Positions 1-10,135 of a DNA stretch of 64,000 nt are shown piece after piece; positions within the stretch are counted from its first letter, which is position 1; the number at the start of each line of letters is the position of its first letter. Below the pieces are notes generated by a model. That model did no database searches. It saw only the letters and a list, made by a program, of their open reading frames with translations, and was not told the DNA's origin. The stretch is from IMG/VR virus record IMGVR_UViG_3300027747_002427; one strand, written 5' to 3'. This stretch comes from a virus. Taxonomy: Duplodnaviria; Caudoviricetes. Position numbers and translations under genes: made by a program.

Positions 1-2
1 AT

Positions 3-1802
3 TTAGAAAAGGTTACTGTAGATGAAAACAAAAAATTAAAAGACGGTTTCTCTGGTATATCCAAATCAATTAGTGACAGAGGTCCTATGTTTGATTTATT
101 TGGCTTAGGTACATTAGGTAGAATGTTAAAACCAATTGGAATGGGTATATTGGCAGCTGTTACAAGTCTTTCTCTTTTAATGGGAGCCTTTGGGAAAGAT
201 TTAACATCTGTAATAGATAGAATATTTGGTACCAATCTTTCCCTAATTACAAGAGTAGTTGAAAAACTAACACCTGGAATACCTTCTCAGGCTTATGATT
301 TTCTTACAAAATGGTCATCAAGATTTTTTGCTTCTAGAGCATTTGGTGAGACAACAATATCTAAAGCCGGTGAAAATTTAAAAAGAGTACCTGCATTGGG
401 AGGTTTATTAAGTAGCACTATAGGACCTTTATGGAGAGGTACTATGAGTGCTCTTACTGGAAAAAATTATGTAGCTCCTGAAAGTAAAACCGGTATTAAG
501 GCCATGGAAGGAGCTGCAAAATTAGCAGAAGAACAAAAAGTGGCTAATGCTGCTCAAAAGGCAATTTATGATAAAGAAAAAGCTGCATTAATGAGAGGTC
601 AAGGGTTTAGACAAGGTCTTACAGAAGCTCAAGCTATTGAAAAATTGGCAGCAGAAGGCATAAGTGAAACTGCTCCTACCATTGCAAAAGGAGCTGGGAA
701 GGCTAGTGGATGGTTGGCTAAAATATTAACAAAATTTGGTATTGGTGCATCTGAAAGACTTTTGACCAAAATACCATTTGGTGTTGGTGCTTTGTTTGGT
801 TTAGGATTTGGTGCTGAAAGAATAATGAGAGGTGATTATGTAAGTGGTATACTACAAATTGCATCAGGAATTGCTTCTATTTTTCCTTTTGCCGGAACAG
901 CTATAAGTTTAGCTTTAGACGTTTTAGATATTGGTCTAGCGGTAGCTGCACCGGAATTTAAAAAGAGTGCCAATAAATTTTTATGGCAAAATGGTCTTAA
1001 ATATTTTCCATTATTTAACTTTTTCAGGTATTTAGGATATCATATAGATAGTGGTAGACCTTGGTTAGCGGTATTTGATTTTTTAAGATTAGTACCTGGA
1101 ACCGCAAGTATAGCAAATACATTTGAAACCTTTTTGACATCTGATATAGAAAAACAAACAGATGCTGGGAAACCTATTAGTTTTTCAAAACTAGGTCAAA
1201 TGGTACGCAAAAATCTTTGGAAATCTATATCCCCTTATATACCTGAAATGTGGGGGTTAAAAAAATGGTTTGCCGAAGCAACGGGATTATCTGATGAGAC
1301 TATTTCAGAAGGAGAACCATCTACTTTAACAAAACCAGAAGGTTCTCCTTACAAACCTTTTCCAACCCCTTCAAAAAATACATACCAAAAAAGTCCAAAA
1401 GATGAAGTATCTTGGAGTGAATTACATAAAGGAGAACATTTTATATCTGAAGGAAGAGGTAAAGGAAAATGGGTAAAAGACCTTCAATATAGTTTACAAG
1501 AAGGACCAAAAGGATTTTCTGCTGACGAAGAATTTAACAAAGTTAAACTCCCTTCTGCTTTAGAAGATTCCTCTGATATGAAAAATTATATGACAACTCT
1601 TAATACAACTTTATTTAATTTAACTAATAGTTTTAAAGATTTTAGTCAAAATTATAAAGGATCAGAAGAGTCTCCTTCAATAGTAAGTATAAACAGTTCT
1701 ACCCAGAACAATGGAGGTGGTTTAAATTATTTAATGGGTGGAAGGGATCCTACATTTGAATATAGAACTTTGGTTGGTATTGCTTTAAATCGAGGAGATT
1801 AA
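3..1802 (+). CDS. Tape-measure-like protein (T4 gp29-type), 5'-truncated by window edge
   Basis: Frame is open from nt 3 (LEKVTVDENKK...), so the ATG at 87 is internal. Ala/Gly/Lys-rich helical sequence with hydrophobic KIPFGVGALFGLGFGAERIMRGDYVSGILQIASGIASIFPFAGTAISLALD block; directly upstream of baseplate genes. Confidence 0.6.
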   Translation, partial: LEKVTVDENKKLKDGFSGISKSISDRGPMFDLFGLGTLGRMLKPIGMGILAAVTSLSLLMGAFGKDLTSVIDRIFGTNLSLITRVVEKLTPGIPSQAYDFLTKWSSRFFASRAFGETTISKAGENLKRVPALGGLLSSTIGPLWRGTMSALTGKNYVAPESKTGIKAMEGAAKLAEEQKVANAAQKAIYDKEKAALMRGQGFRQGLTEAQAIEKLAAEGISETAPTIAKGAGKASGWLAKILTKFGIGASERLLTKIPFGVGALFGLGFGAERIMRGDYVSGILQIASGIASIFPFAGTAISLALDVLDIGLAVAAPEFKKSANKFLWQNGLKYFPLFNFFRYLGYHIDSGRPWLAVFDFLRLVPGTASIANTFETFLTSDIEKQTDAGKPISFSKLGQMVRKNLWKSISPYIPEMWGLKKWFAEATGLSDETISEGEPSTLTKPEGSPYKPFPTPSKNTYQKSPKDEVSWSELHKGEHFISEGRGKGKWVKDLQYSLQEGPKGFSADEEFNKVKLPSALEDSSDMKNYMTTLNTTLFNLTNSFKDFSQNYKGSEESPSIVSINSSTQNNGGGLNYLMGGRDPTFEYRTLVGIALNRGD

Positions 1803-1805
1803 TAT

Positions 1806-2816
1806 ATGGCAAATTTTAATTTTTTTACAATATCTGAAGTCAATACTCAATATGGAAAAATAGCAGTTTCATATCCAGTTGCTAGCAAATCTGGAGAAGG
1901 GAATGGTATAATAGATGTTCATGGTTTATTAAGATGGTCTAATAGGGGTAATATTGATGAAGTACCAGCTTTATTATTGACAGAATATAGTTTAGACTTT
2001 AGTAGATGGGCGTCCAATATAGCAGCTATAACAGCAGCTTTAGAACAAGCAGATAAAGAAGGCAAAGCTGATCCATATTTAAAATTATATAAAGGTAAAG
2101 AAACTGATTTTAAATATATTCTACCTTATCTAATTAAACCCGGTGATCCAATTAGAGGTACTATAACTAATGATTGGACAGATTTAGACACAGCTGGTGC
2201 TGTGAGTAGTCTTTTAGGCGGAACTGCTGGGGATATATTGAAGAAAATGGGAACAGCATTAATTGCTGGAGGCGGACAATTTTCAGCTGGATTCGGAACA
2301 GAACCTTTAAAGACTTTTAAAAGTACTGGAGATAATAAAATTGTTATATCATTTCCTCTTTATAATACATATTCAATTAAGGAAGCTAGGGATAATTTTA
2401 GTTTTGTAAATTTATTAGCTTTTCAAAATTTAAAAACCAGAACTAGTTTTGTATCTTATCTTCCACCAAAAATTTATAAAGTAGAAGGTACTGGAGTTGG
2501 TAGTGTTTATATGGCTGCTGCTTATATAAGTGAATTAAGAATAGATTCTATAGGAACTACAAGAACTATTACAGATATTGGGGCATCTAATTCAACTGTT
2601 TTAATACCAGAAGCTTATAAAATAACTATAACTCTTACAGATCTTTTGACCCAATCTTCAAATGTAATGTGGAGTGCCTTAGAAGGAAATTCTGTGCAAG
2701 TTATAGAACCGGCCAATAATAATGCTCAAAACGGTGGCGGTCAAAACGGTGGCGGTCAAAACGGTGGCGGTCAAAACGGCAAACCACCAGTAACTGTACC
2801 AGAAGATCATAATTAA
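1806..2816 (+). CDS. Baseplate/tail-tube initiator-like protein (gp48/gp54-like)
   Basis: Between tape measure and gp53-like gene; C-terminal YLPPKIYKV...AAYISELRIDSIG...IPEAYKITITLTDL resembles tube-fold baseplate proteins. Confidence 0.45.
   Translation: MANFNFFTISEVNTQYGKIAVSYPVASKSGEGNGIIDVHGLLRWSNRGNIDEVPALLLTEYSLDFSRWASNIAAITAALEQADKEGKADPYLKLYKGKETDFKYILPYLIKPGDPIRGTITNDWTDLDTAGAVSSLLGGTAGDILKKMGTALIAGGGQFSAGFGTEPLKTFKSTGDNKIVISFPLYNTYSIKEARDNFSFVNLLAFQNLKTRTSFVSYLPPKIYKVEGTGVGSVYMAAAYISELRIDSIGTTRTITDIGASNSTVLIPEAYKITITLTDLLTQSSNVMWSALEGNSVQVIEPANNNAQNGGGQNGGGQNGGGQNGKPPVTVPEDHN
2727..2779 (+). repeat. Perfect 15-bp tandem repeat CAAAACGGTGGCGGT x3.5 (QNGGG)
   Basis: Read directly; in frame at the 3' end of 1806-2816. 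Confidence 0.95.
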
Positions 2817-2819
2817 ATA
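2814..2819 (+). promoter_or_regulatory. Candidate T4-type late promoter TAAATA
   Basis: TAAATA 4 nt before ATG 2824. Same hexamer at 3587, 12497, 50452, 52274 (+) and 60270-60275 (-) ahead of mostly structural genes; gp55 is encoded in the window. Short AT-rich motif, so chance matches are likely. Confidence 0.35.
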
Positions 2820-2823
2820 ACCC

Positions 2824-3183
2824 ATGAACAGAAGTGAAATAATAAATTTACCAAAAATTTCTTTATATAGTTTTGAGAATTTACTCAATGTATATACAGA
2901 TATGGATACAAATTATAATTTTTATAATTTATTAAGAGCTATTAATGTAGTCCCTACTAATAGTAGTTTAGCAGAGGATCAATATATAACTACTTTTACA
3001 GATACTTGGGTTTCTATTTCTTATAAACATTACAATACTATGGATTTATGGTGGTTAGTTTGTGCTTATAATCAAATATCTAATGCAGCAAAAAAACCAG
3101 AACCTGGAACCATTTTAAAATTATTAAAATCAGAATATGTGGGTGTTGTTCTAGCCGAATTAAAAAAACAAATTAGTAAATAA
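2824..3183 (+). CDS. Baseplate wedge protein, gp53-like (LysM-like)
   Basis: DTWVSISYKHYNTMDLWWLVCAYNQI...PEPGTILK motif. Confidence 0.7.
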   Translation: MNRSEIINLPKISLYSFENLLNVYTDMDTNYNFYNLLRAINVVPTNSSLAEDQYITTFTDTWVSISYKHYNTMDLWWLVCAYNQISNAAKKPEPGTILKLLKSEYVGVVLAELKKQISK

Positions 3184-3706
3184 ATTCTTTAATATCAAAA
3201 AAGAATCTAACAATTATAAAATTTTCAGCCATCTCATGAAGACAATAACAATACATTTTATTGTTAATTAAAAAATAATAAGAATCAAATAATACGTCAT
3301 CAAATACACTTAATTCAAAATCAATATCTGGATTATCACCCAAAAATTTTTCTACTTCTCCTTCTTTTATATTTTGAGTAGCATCACTATTTTCTAATTT
3401 TTCAATGTTTCTTTTTACAACCATCCAAGTTCCTTTTTCATAAGAACAATTTAATAAGAAAATTGGATATTTGCTTTGAAGGTTAAAAACTTTACCAGCG
3501 GATAAAAAAGAAAATTTTGAGGGGGTCTCTTCCAAGACAGAGAGATAATCACTCGGGTTATACCCTTTCTTTTTAGATTTCACCTCTAAATATTTATAAT
3601 AAATGCCAAGAAAATCAAAAGACGAAGAAGACGAAGAAGATGAGGTAGATCTTAATTCTATACCTTTAGAGGAGATAGAAAACGCTGATATATTAGCTGA
3701 CGGCAA
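3173..3706 (-). CDS. Hypothetical protein; true start probably downstream (TTG near 3535 or MVVKR), not overlapping terminase
   Basis: Fills the gap between gp53-like and terL. The first ~35 codons are the antisense of the acidic terL N-terminus (poly-Ser). Confidence 0.45.
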   Translation of the reverse strand: MPSANISAFSISSKGIELRSTSSSSSSSSFDFLGIYYKYLEVKSKKKGYNPSDYLSVLEETPSKFSFLSAGKVFNLQSKYPIFLLNCSYEKGTWMVVKRNIEKLENSDATQNIKEGEVEKFLGDNPDIDFELSVFDDVLFDSYYFLINNKMYCYCLHEMAENFIIVRFFFDIKEFIY

Positions 3707-5486
3707 ATATTTTCAAGGTAATGAAAATATTTTAAGACAAAATGCTACTTTCAAATGGACTGAAGAGATGCAATCGGAGCTTAAGCTCTGTATTAAAAGT
3801 ATCTTACATTTTGCAGAACATCATTTTTATATATCCACCCTTGATGATGGAAAGAAAAGAATTGAACTTCATAAATTCCAGAAAAGATTATTAAAAGCTT
3901 TCAAAGCTAATAGATTTAATATCGTATTAGCCTCGCGTCAGGTGGGTAAAACCACTTGTATTACAATTTATGCTCTTTGGTTAGTTTGTTTTCAATCTGA
4001 TAAAAGAGTTACTATCATTGCTAACAAAGAATCAACTGCAAAAGAAATTTTTAGCAGAATTCGTATGGCCTTTGAACAATTACCAATTTATCTCAAGCCT
4101 AGTATGAAGTCTTGGAGAAAAGATGGGTTCTTGTTATCTAACGATTCAGCTATTACCATTAGTACAACCTCAGCAGCAGGTCCTCGTGGTAGTACAAGTA
4201 ATCTTCTTATTATTGATGAGATGGCTCACTGTCCAACAGAACTCATGAAAGAACTTTGGAAATCTGCTATTCCTATTATATCTTCTTCTAAGAAATCTCA
4301 AATTGTTGCTATTAGTACACCCAATGGAACTGATAATAAATTTTATGAACTTTATGAAGAATCCCAAAAGAAAGGAAGTGAATGGCACTTAGAAAGAGTT
4401 GATTGGTGGGATGTTCCTGAAAGAGACGAAGAATGGAAAAGAGGAGCTATAGCGGCTTTGGGTTCGGAAGAAGACTTTGAACAAGAATATGGCAATGCTT
4501 TTATTCTCCCGGGTAAGAGTGTTGTAGATACAACCTATCTAGATGAGTTAAAAGCTCAAGCTAAAGAACCAGTTCTTATTAATGATAATGGTTTTTATAA
4601 AATATTTGAATTACCTAAACCAGGTAATCTTTATATCATAGGTGTCGACGTAGGAGAGGGTATAGGAAGATCAAATACAGTAGCTCAGATTTTGGATGTT
4701 ACTAATTTACAAGATATTAGACAGGTAGCTATATATGCTACCAATACTATGAGTCCTTTTCATTTTGGAACAAAGTTGATGAGTGTTTTAACCGATTGGG
4801 GAAGACCTCCTATTCTTATTGAAAATAATAACAATGGTCAACAAGTATTAGATGTTCTACATCAAACCCATCAATATGAAAATATTGTATCTTATCAATT
4901 TGAAGGTAATAGCAAACATTATGATACCGGAAAAAGACTAGGAGTTCATAATCATACTAATACAAGATATAAAGGTATTATTAATTTTAGATATTGGTCT
5001 AATGGATTAAAAGTGGTAAAATTAAATGATTTAGACACTATATTAGAACTTTATAATTTTGTTCGTTTGCCTAATTTTACATTTAGTAAAAGAAGTGATA
5101 AAGATTTAGATGATAGAGTATTTGGTTTAATTTGGGGGCTCTTTATTTTAGATCCTTCTTTGGTTTCTAAATATTTTTTATTATCGGAATTGGATGATCA
5201 GGGAAGACCTAGTAGAATACAAGCTCTTGTAGATAATTCAGATCTTATATCAAAAAGTCCTTTACTCATAGGTGGTGGATATACTTTAGAAAAAAAGAGT
5301 GCTCCTGTATTGCCTAGTTATGTGCCGGTTAAAGGGCAAGAAGGCAATGCAGTGCTAGCTGATGAAGCTAAAAATTTATGGATGTGGCTACATACAAATG
5401 GTGGTACCGAAAAAGATACGTTCAAAACTCCTCTTCAAGAGGATAAGTCTTCTATAGAAGAATATAGACCTATTATATTATTTTAA
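3603..5486 (+). CDS. terL: Terminase large subunit (T4 gp17-like)
   Basis: Walker A ASRQVGKTT, Walker B LLIIDE, coupling motif ISTPNG, nuclease GVDVGEG and DDRVFG. Confidence 0.95.
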   Translation: MPRKSKDEEDEEDEVDLNSIPLEEIENADILADGKYFQGNENILRQNATFKWTEEMQSELKLCIKSILHFAEHHFYISTLDDGKKRIELHKFQKRLLKAFKANRFNIVLASRQVGKTTCITIYALWLVCFQSDKRVTIIANKESTAKEIFSRIRMAFEQLPIYLKPSMKSWRKDGFLLSNDSAITISTTSAAGPRGSTSNLLIIDEMAHCPTELMKELWKSAIPIISSSKKSQIVAISTPNGTDNKFYELYEESQKKGSEWHLERVDWWDVPERDEEWKRGAIAALGSEEDFEQEYGNAFILPGKSVVDTTYLDELKAQAKEPVLINDNGFYKIFELPKPGNLYIIGVDVGEGIGRSNTVAQILDVTNLQDIRQVAIYATNTMSPFHFGTKLMSVLTDWGRPPILIENNNNGQQVLDVLHQTHQYENIVSYQFEGNSKHYDTGKRLGVHNHTNTRYKGIINFRYWSNGLKVVKLNDLDTILELYNFVRLPNFTFSKRSDKDLDDRVFGLIWGLFILDPSLVSKYFLLSELDDQGRPSRIQALVDNSDLISKSPLLIGGGYTLEKKSAPVLPSYVPVKGQEGNAVLADEAKNLWMWLHTNGGTEKDTFKTPLQEDKSSIEEYRPIILF

Positions 5487-5489
5487 TTT

Positions 5490-6089
5490 ATGAATCAAGC
5501 TACTTTAAATAGATCACGCAGCGACAAGTTCCTTTTGGTACTTGACTTACCTATTGCTTTAAAAAGTTCTCAGGATACTGTAATACAAGACAAATATTCA
5601 GCCGATCAAATACAGTTTACCATTTACGGATCCCCAGTTCCTAAAATTTCAATTCCAGAAATAAATTTACCATTTGGAGGTCAAGTCTTGAAAGTTTCTA
5701 GCATGTCTCGTCCAGCATATCCATCTTTAGATGTAAAATTTCTAGTAGGTAATGGATATCAAAATTATTGGATTTTATGGAAATGGTTGAATTTGTTTAA
5801 TGATTCTCAAAATAGCACTTCAGATTTAAATATGCAGTCTAGTTTTGTAGGAGAAGATATTAGATTAACAAATTCTTTGAGACGTTATATTTCTGATTTT
5901 ACTCTTTTTGCTTTGGATGAATTTGACAATAGGATTATTTCTTTCAAATATACTAATGCATTTGTTACTTCTCTAGGTCAAATAAATTATTCTTATCAAG
6001 ACCCAGCGGAAATAACTTGTGATGTTTCTTTTGCTTATAATCAATTAGAAGTGAAACTTTTAAAAGATATTAATATATCTTCTTGCTAA
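5490..6089 (+). CDS. Tail tube-fold protein (gp3 tail terminator / gp19-like)
   Basis: SPVPKISIPE...YPSLDVKFLV...NYWILWKWL...DFTLFALDEFDN...YTNAFVTSLGQINYSY tube-fold pattern; near dNMP kinase, gp53 and gp5 as in T4. Confidence 0.6.
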   Translation: MNQATLNRSRSDKFLLVLDLPIALKSSQDTVIQDKYSADQIQFTIYGSPVPKISIPEINLPFGGQVLKVSSMSRPAYPSLDVKFLVGNGYQNYWILWKWLNLFNDSQNSTSDLNMQSSFVGEDIRLTNSLRRYISDFTLFALDEFDNRIISFKYTNAFVTSLGQINYSYQDPAEITCDVSFAYNQLEVKLLKDINISSC

Positions 6090-6092
6090 CGT

Positions 6093-7760
6093 ATGGCTAA
6101 CATTACAATTGCATCTGTAAATCCAGAATCTGGTTCTATTCATATTGCCGGTGCTGAAGCATCAACAACTCCAGGCAATAATAATGATTTAAAATATGTT
6201 TACCAGATAAGAGATCAATTTTATCATTTAGAAACTTGGATGTATAATCAATTTGATGATTATAAACCCTTTCAAGTATCTTTCTTTTCTATAGAAGCAT
6301 TAGCTTTAGAAGAAACATTATTTAATTGGCCTACTAATGGTTGGATGGTTTTAAAAAATGATTTTGAATTATTTGAAAGAGGTTCTTTACCAGTCGATAA
6401 TATAGCTGGTATACCAGCACCTTATATTTTTAGAAGTGATGGTCGTAATAGAATTAATATTAAAATATATCCGATACCAAATCCAGCTGGTATAGTAGGA
6501 GAATCTATTGATAATCAAGAATTGCCTAGAGATTTGTGGGAAATGAATTTTGATTTTGTTATATATGATATAGAAGATTTACCAACAGATAATAATCAAA
6601 ATAAATTACGTAAATTGTATTTTCATGATGAAAGGCTACAAATATTAAAAGAAAGAAATATACAATGGTCTACAGCTAAATACGGACCAAATCAAGGACA
6701 ATTAGGTACTACAGATAAAGCTAGGGCAATGCCTGTAAGTGATGCTATGAAATCTATAATACAAACAGCTGGTTCTAGTAAAAGTGATCCTTTATTTTCT
6801 GATTTAAATGTGGGTTATAATGAAAGTCTAGGTTCTATAAGTGATCCTAAAATTCCTTTAGCTAGTTTCGGAGATTGGGATGAAGGACATGCTCCAAATG
6901 GAGAACCAGTCAATATACTTTATACTTCCCCAGCAGGGTCAAATGCTTTAGAAGATTTAAGTTATTTGTATCAAAATGCAGTTAGTTCTGATGGTACTCC
7001 ATTAATTTTAGATTTTGGTAGAACTACAGATGATAAAAAATTTCATTTAAGACCTCTTTCATATTTTTTCAAAAATGCCGAAAAAAATCAAATAGAAAAA
7101 TTAATATTGGTAGATGGAATATCGCCAGATAAAGCTCTCCCTTATATTCCTAGAGCTCCTAATATGGCTGGAACCGCTATTCAAAATTTTACATCTGGCA
7201 TAGCTTCTCTAATTAAAAGTTATAATTTTGCACCTATGGTCGCAACAGATGACGCAAAAATAACTAATAAACCTCTTCATAATTTTAATTTTGCTAATTC
7301 TGAATTTAATATATATTACGAAGATAACACAGCTGAAAAAATTTCTAAGAATATGGAGGATATGGCAAAACAAGGTTTATATGGTCTTAATAATGGAGGT
7401 CAATTGTTAATGAATATAAACAAAACCAAGCAAACTGGTTTAATGAATACACCTTATTTTGAATCTCAGACATTTTTCCCAAAAAATAAACCTGCTATGT
7501 TGATGATGAAACAAGCATTATTTTTGAATCAAGCTTTATATTTTCAGGTTCCTGGATTAACTTTTAGAACTCCAGGTAAATTTATATTTGTTGACAGAAC
7601 TTCTTCTAGTGATAACAATCCTTTTGATGATAGATTTTTAGGTCAATGGATGATAATTAAAGTTGTTCATTTATTTACAAAAGACAATTATGTCAATGAT
7701 GTAGTTGCTACAAAAATAGATACTTTCAAAAAAATGTGGCCAATTTTAGATAAAAAATAA
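6093..7760 (+). CDS. Baseplate hub protein (gp27/VgrG-hub-like)
   Basis: C-terminal QVPGLTFRTPGKFIFV...FLGQWMIIKVVHLFT...YVNDVVATK is typical of hub proteins; upstream of gp5 genes. Confidence 0.6.
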   Translation: MANITIASVNPESGSIHIAGAEASTTPGNNNDLKYVYQIRDQFYHLETWMYNQFDDYKPFQVSFFSIEALALEETLFNWPTNGWMVLKNDFELFERGSLPVDNIAGIPAPYIFRSDGRNRINIKIYPIPNPAGIVGESIDNQELPRDLWEMNFDFVIYDIEDLPTDNNQNKLRKLYFHDERLQILKERNIQWSTAKYGPNQGQLGTTDKARAMPVSDAMKSIIQTAGSSKSDPLFSDLNVGYNESLGSISDPKIPLASFGDWDEGHAPNGEPVNILYTSPAGSNALEDLSYLYQNAVSSDGTPLILDFGRTTDDKKFHLRPLSYFFKNAEKNQIEKLILVDGISPDKALPYIPRAPNMAGTAIQNFTSGIASLIKSYNFAPMVATDDAKITNKPLHNFNFANSEFNIYYEDNTAEKISKNMEDMAKQGLYGLNNGGQLLMNINKTKQTGLMNTPYFESQTFFPKNKPAMLMMKQALFLNQALYFQVPGLTFRTPGKFIFVDRTSSSDNNPFDDRFLGQWMIIKVVHLFTKDNYVNDVVATKIDTFKKMWPILDKK

Positions 7761-7761
7761 T

Positions 7762-8073
7762 ATGAATAGAGATGAACTCAAAGCTAAATTACAAGAAGCT
7801 CACATTCAACGCTTGGCTTCTTCTAATAAAACCCAATATCCTTCTGCTATGCAAATGGCTAGGAATTTAGGTAGTAGTGTTATTAATAATGCAATGAGTG
7901 TTGCTGCTGGAAATAGTCTAAGAGTAGATAATAGTGTTGCTGAAACTAGATTAAATGTTTGTAAAGGTTGTGAATTTTTTAATCAACTACAAGAAAGATG
8001 TGGTAAGTGTGGATGTAATATGGCTGTTAAGACTTACTTGAGAGCGGAGAAATGTCCGGTAGGAAAGTGGTAA
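7762..8073 (+). CDS. Small Cys-rich conserved phage protein (RLxxCxxC...CxxCGC...CPxGKW)
   Basis: RLNVCKGCEFF...RCGKCGCNMAVKTYLRAEKCPVGKW. Confidence 0.7.
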   Translation: MNRDELKAKLQEAHIQRLASSNKTQYPSAMQMARNLGSSVINNAMSVAAGNSLRVDNSVAETRLNVCKGCEFFNQLQERCGKCGCNMAVKTYLRAEKCPVGKW

Positions 8074-8656
8074 CATAAAAGTCTGCTAAATTTAAAGCTA
8101 TTTTCTTAATTTCTTTTTTATAAACCTTTAAGTCTTTATATTCTAGTGTAAGAATTATTTGTTCTGCTAAAGATCTAATAATTTTATTATTAGTAAATTC
8201 AAAATTATTGGCTGGTTCTAATCCTTCTCTTTCTATATAAAAAAGAGTTCCTTTAACTTCATCCTTTAACCACCAAATTTCGTCTTTGGGGTATTCTATG
8301 TATCTTATATCTGTTATTATAGATATATTATTCTTTGCAAAGGTTTTATCTGCGCTTAATTTCTCTATAAAATAGCGTCCTTTCGTAGTGTTCCTCATTA
8401 GTCTGCCATATTCAACAAACATAGGCCTGAGCAAAGTTTTTTCTTTATCACTATTAGTATAAACTGATAAATTTGTTTTATCTGATATTAATTTATCTAA
8501 ATCTTTTCTTATACAATCACCTGCTATAGAAAATCTCTTAGCTTCTAAATTATATTTTTCTTTAAATGCTTCTATTAAAGCAACACACAAAGAATCTTTG
8601 CCTGCTCTTGCGTACCCCGACAAACCAATCGGAGGGTAAAATAAGCTATTTGCCAT
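8027..8656 (-). CDS. Deoxynucleoside monophosphate kinase (T4 gp1-like)
   Basis: IGLSGYARAGKD P-loop; IITDIRY..E motif. Confidence 0.8.
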   Translation of the reverse strand: MANSLFYPPIGLSGYARAGKDSLCVALIEAFKEKYNLEAKRFSIAGDCIRKDLDKLISDKTNLSVYTNSDKEKTLLRPMFVEYGRLMRNTTKGRYFIEKLSADKTFAKNNISIITDIRYIEYPKDEIWWLKDEVKGTLFYIEREGLEPANNFEFTNNKIIRSLAEQIILTLEYKDLKVYKKEIKKIALNLADFYVTTFLPDISPLSSKS

Positions 8657-8666
8657 AAGTTTTTAT

Positions 8667-8695
8667 ATAATATATTAATTATGGCCACTAGTCAA
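8667..8695 (-). promoter_or_regulatory. sigma70-type promoter TTGACT-N17-TATTAT, 10 nt before ATG 8656
   Basis: Read from reverse complement. Confidence 0.6.
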
Positions 8696-10123
8696 TCTAC
8701 TATTGTAAACAAAGACTCTTTAAAACAATTGGAAGCCTCTTCTGGAATAAAAGCTTCTGGTACTGGACTTACTTTAGATACCTTTAAAGCTAATGGAGAC
8801 GGTAATCAGTATGCTGCTAGATTAGATATGCTAGTGAATGGTAAAAAATCTATAGGTCATGTTTGGGCTATAGATCAAGGTGATCCATATCCTATAACTG
8901 GAGGTACAAGAGGAACATATGTTAATTTTGTAAAATGGTGTAAAGAAAATCATTTATTAGAAGCATTACAGAAACAAACTCCAGCAGGAACTGCAGGAGA
9001 ATTAGTTACTGGCGGAATGTTAGGAATTGATACTTTATTGACTTCACAAATGTTCCAAAATCCTATTACAGGACCAGCACAAAATGCTCCTTGTTTGGGT
9101 GCAGATCTTTTAAATAGTATACACCCTCACATGGTAGAAGGTATAGAAAATTTTTGTAATATTATTCGCACAAGATCATATCTATCTTTACCACCAGGGG
9201 CTTTTGGAGGATTGAGTTCTTTTCTTTATAAAGTACAGGGAGCTATAAGTGGTTTTATTCAAGCATTATATAATGTTTATCACGGGGTTTTATTAATGAT
9301 GCAAAGATTTGCTAATATGATTAACGGACTTTTGCAATCTTTAAATCAATTTATCTATGATTTTATTAGTTACTTTATACCATTAGATTTAATTTGTGCT
9401 ATATTAGGTGCTTTCCAAAGTTTGTTAGATGACGTAGCATTTTTTGCACAACTTTTCGGAGGAGGTGATGGAATTTTTAATGCAATCAATTCAATTCAAA
9501 CCGTTATAAATTTTGCTGCTCAAGGTTTAAATTATGCATACAATCCAATATCTTTAGCTGGTTTGATTCCGGGTGTTAATGATGTATTTAAAGCTTTAAA
9601 TCAATTATCATCAGATCCAGAAGCTTTCATGGGTCAATTAATTTCTCATTTTGGATTTTCTGCTGGGGCTGGAAACAAAGCTGTACAAATTGCAAATGCT
9701 ATTCTTTTACATTATGGGTTAGAAAGTCAATTAGGTCCATTAGGTTCTGTATTGTTGTCTCAAGGTGTTGCTGGAAATAGCAGTCAATGGTATAGATCTG
9801 GTGATACTGGAACCGGTAATTTTGGTAATCTTGCTTATGGTAATGTTATACCAAACCCAGGTTATATAGATCCAGATAATCCTTTTAGTTTCTTGGACGT
9901 AAATTCTAATCCATATTTTAATAAAGCTAAAGCAAACATAGAAGATTTTAAAACTAATGCGCGCGCTATACCAGCTGCAGCTGGTGCAGCGGCAGCTGAA
10001 GTGGGAGCTATACCGGGTAATATTGCAACTTCTGTTGGTAATTTCTTTAATCCTAATGCAGCTCCTCAACAAGTTGCACCAGTGACTCCAACACCAGTGG
10101 TTGCAAATCCAAATAATCCTTAA
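8681..10123 (+). CDS. Hypothetical structural protein with a long hydrophobic helical middle
   Basis: 480-aa ORF between hub and gp5 genes; phage-like codon usage. Confidence 0.7.
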   Translation: MATSQSTIVNKDSLKQLEASSGIKASGTGLTLDTFKANGDGNQYAARLDMLVNGKKSIGHVWAIDQGDPYPITGGTRGTYVNFVKWCKENHLLEALQKQTPAGTAGELVTGGMLGIDTLLTSQMFQNPITGPAQNAPCLGADLLNSIHPHMVEGIENFCNIIRTRSYLSLPPGAFGGLSSFLYKVQGAISGFIQALYNVYHGVLLMMQRFANMINGLLQSLNQFIYDFISYFIPLDLICAILGAFQSLLDDVAFFAQLFGGGDGIFNAINSIQTVINFAAQGLNYAYNPISLAGLIPGVNDVFKALNQLSSDPEAFMGQLISHFGFSAGAGNKAVQIANAILLHYGLESQLGPLGSVLLSQGVAGNSSQWYRSGDTGTGNFGNLAYGNVIPNPGYIDPDNPFSFLDVNSNPYFNKAKANIEDFKTNARAIPAAAGAAAAEVGAIPGNIATSVGNFFNPNAAPQQVAPVTPTPVVANPNNP

Positions 10124-10135
10124 TAATAAAATAAA

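Noticed and set aside
2679-2888. Minus-strand ORF with VLTAT repeats resembling a membrane peptide
   Set aside because: Simply the reverse complement of the QNGGG repeat.
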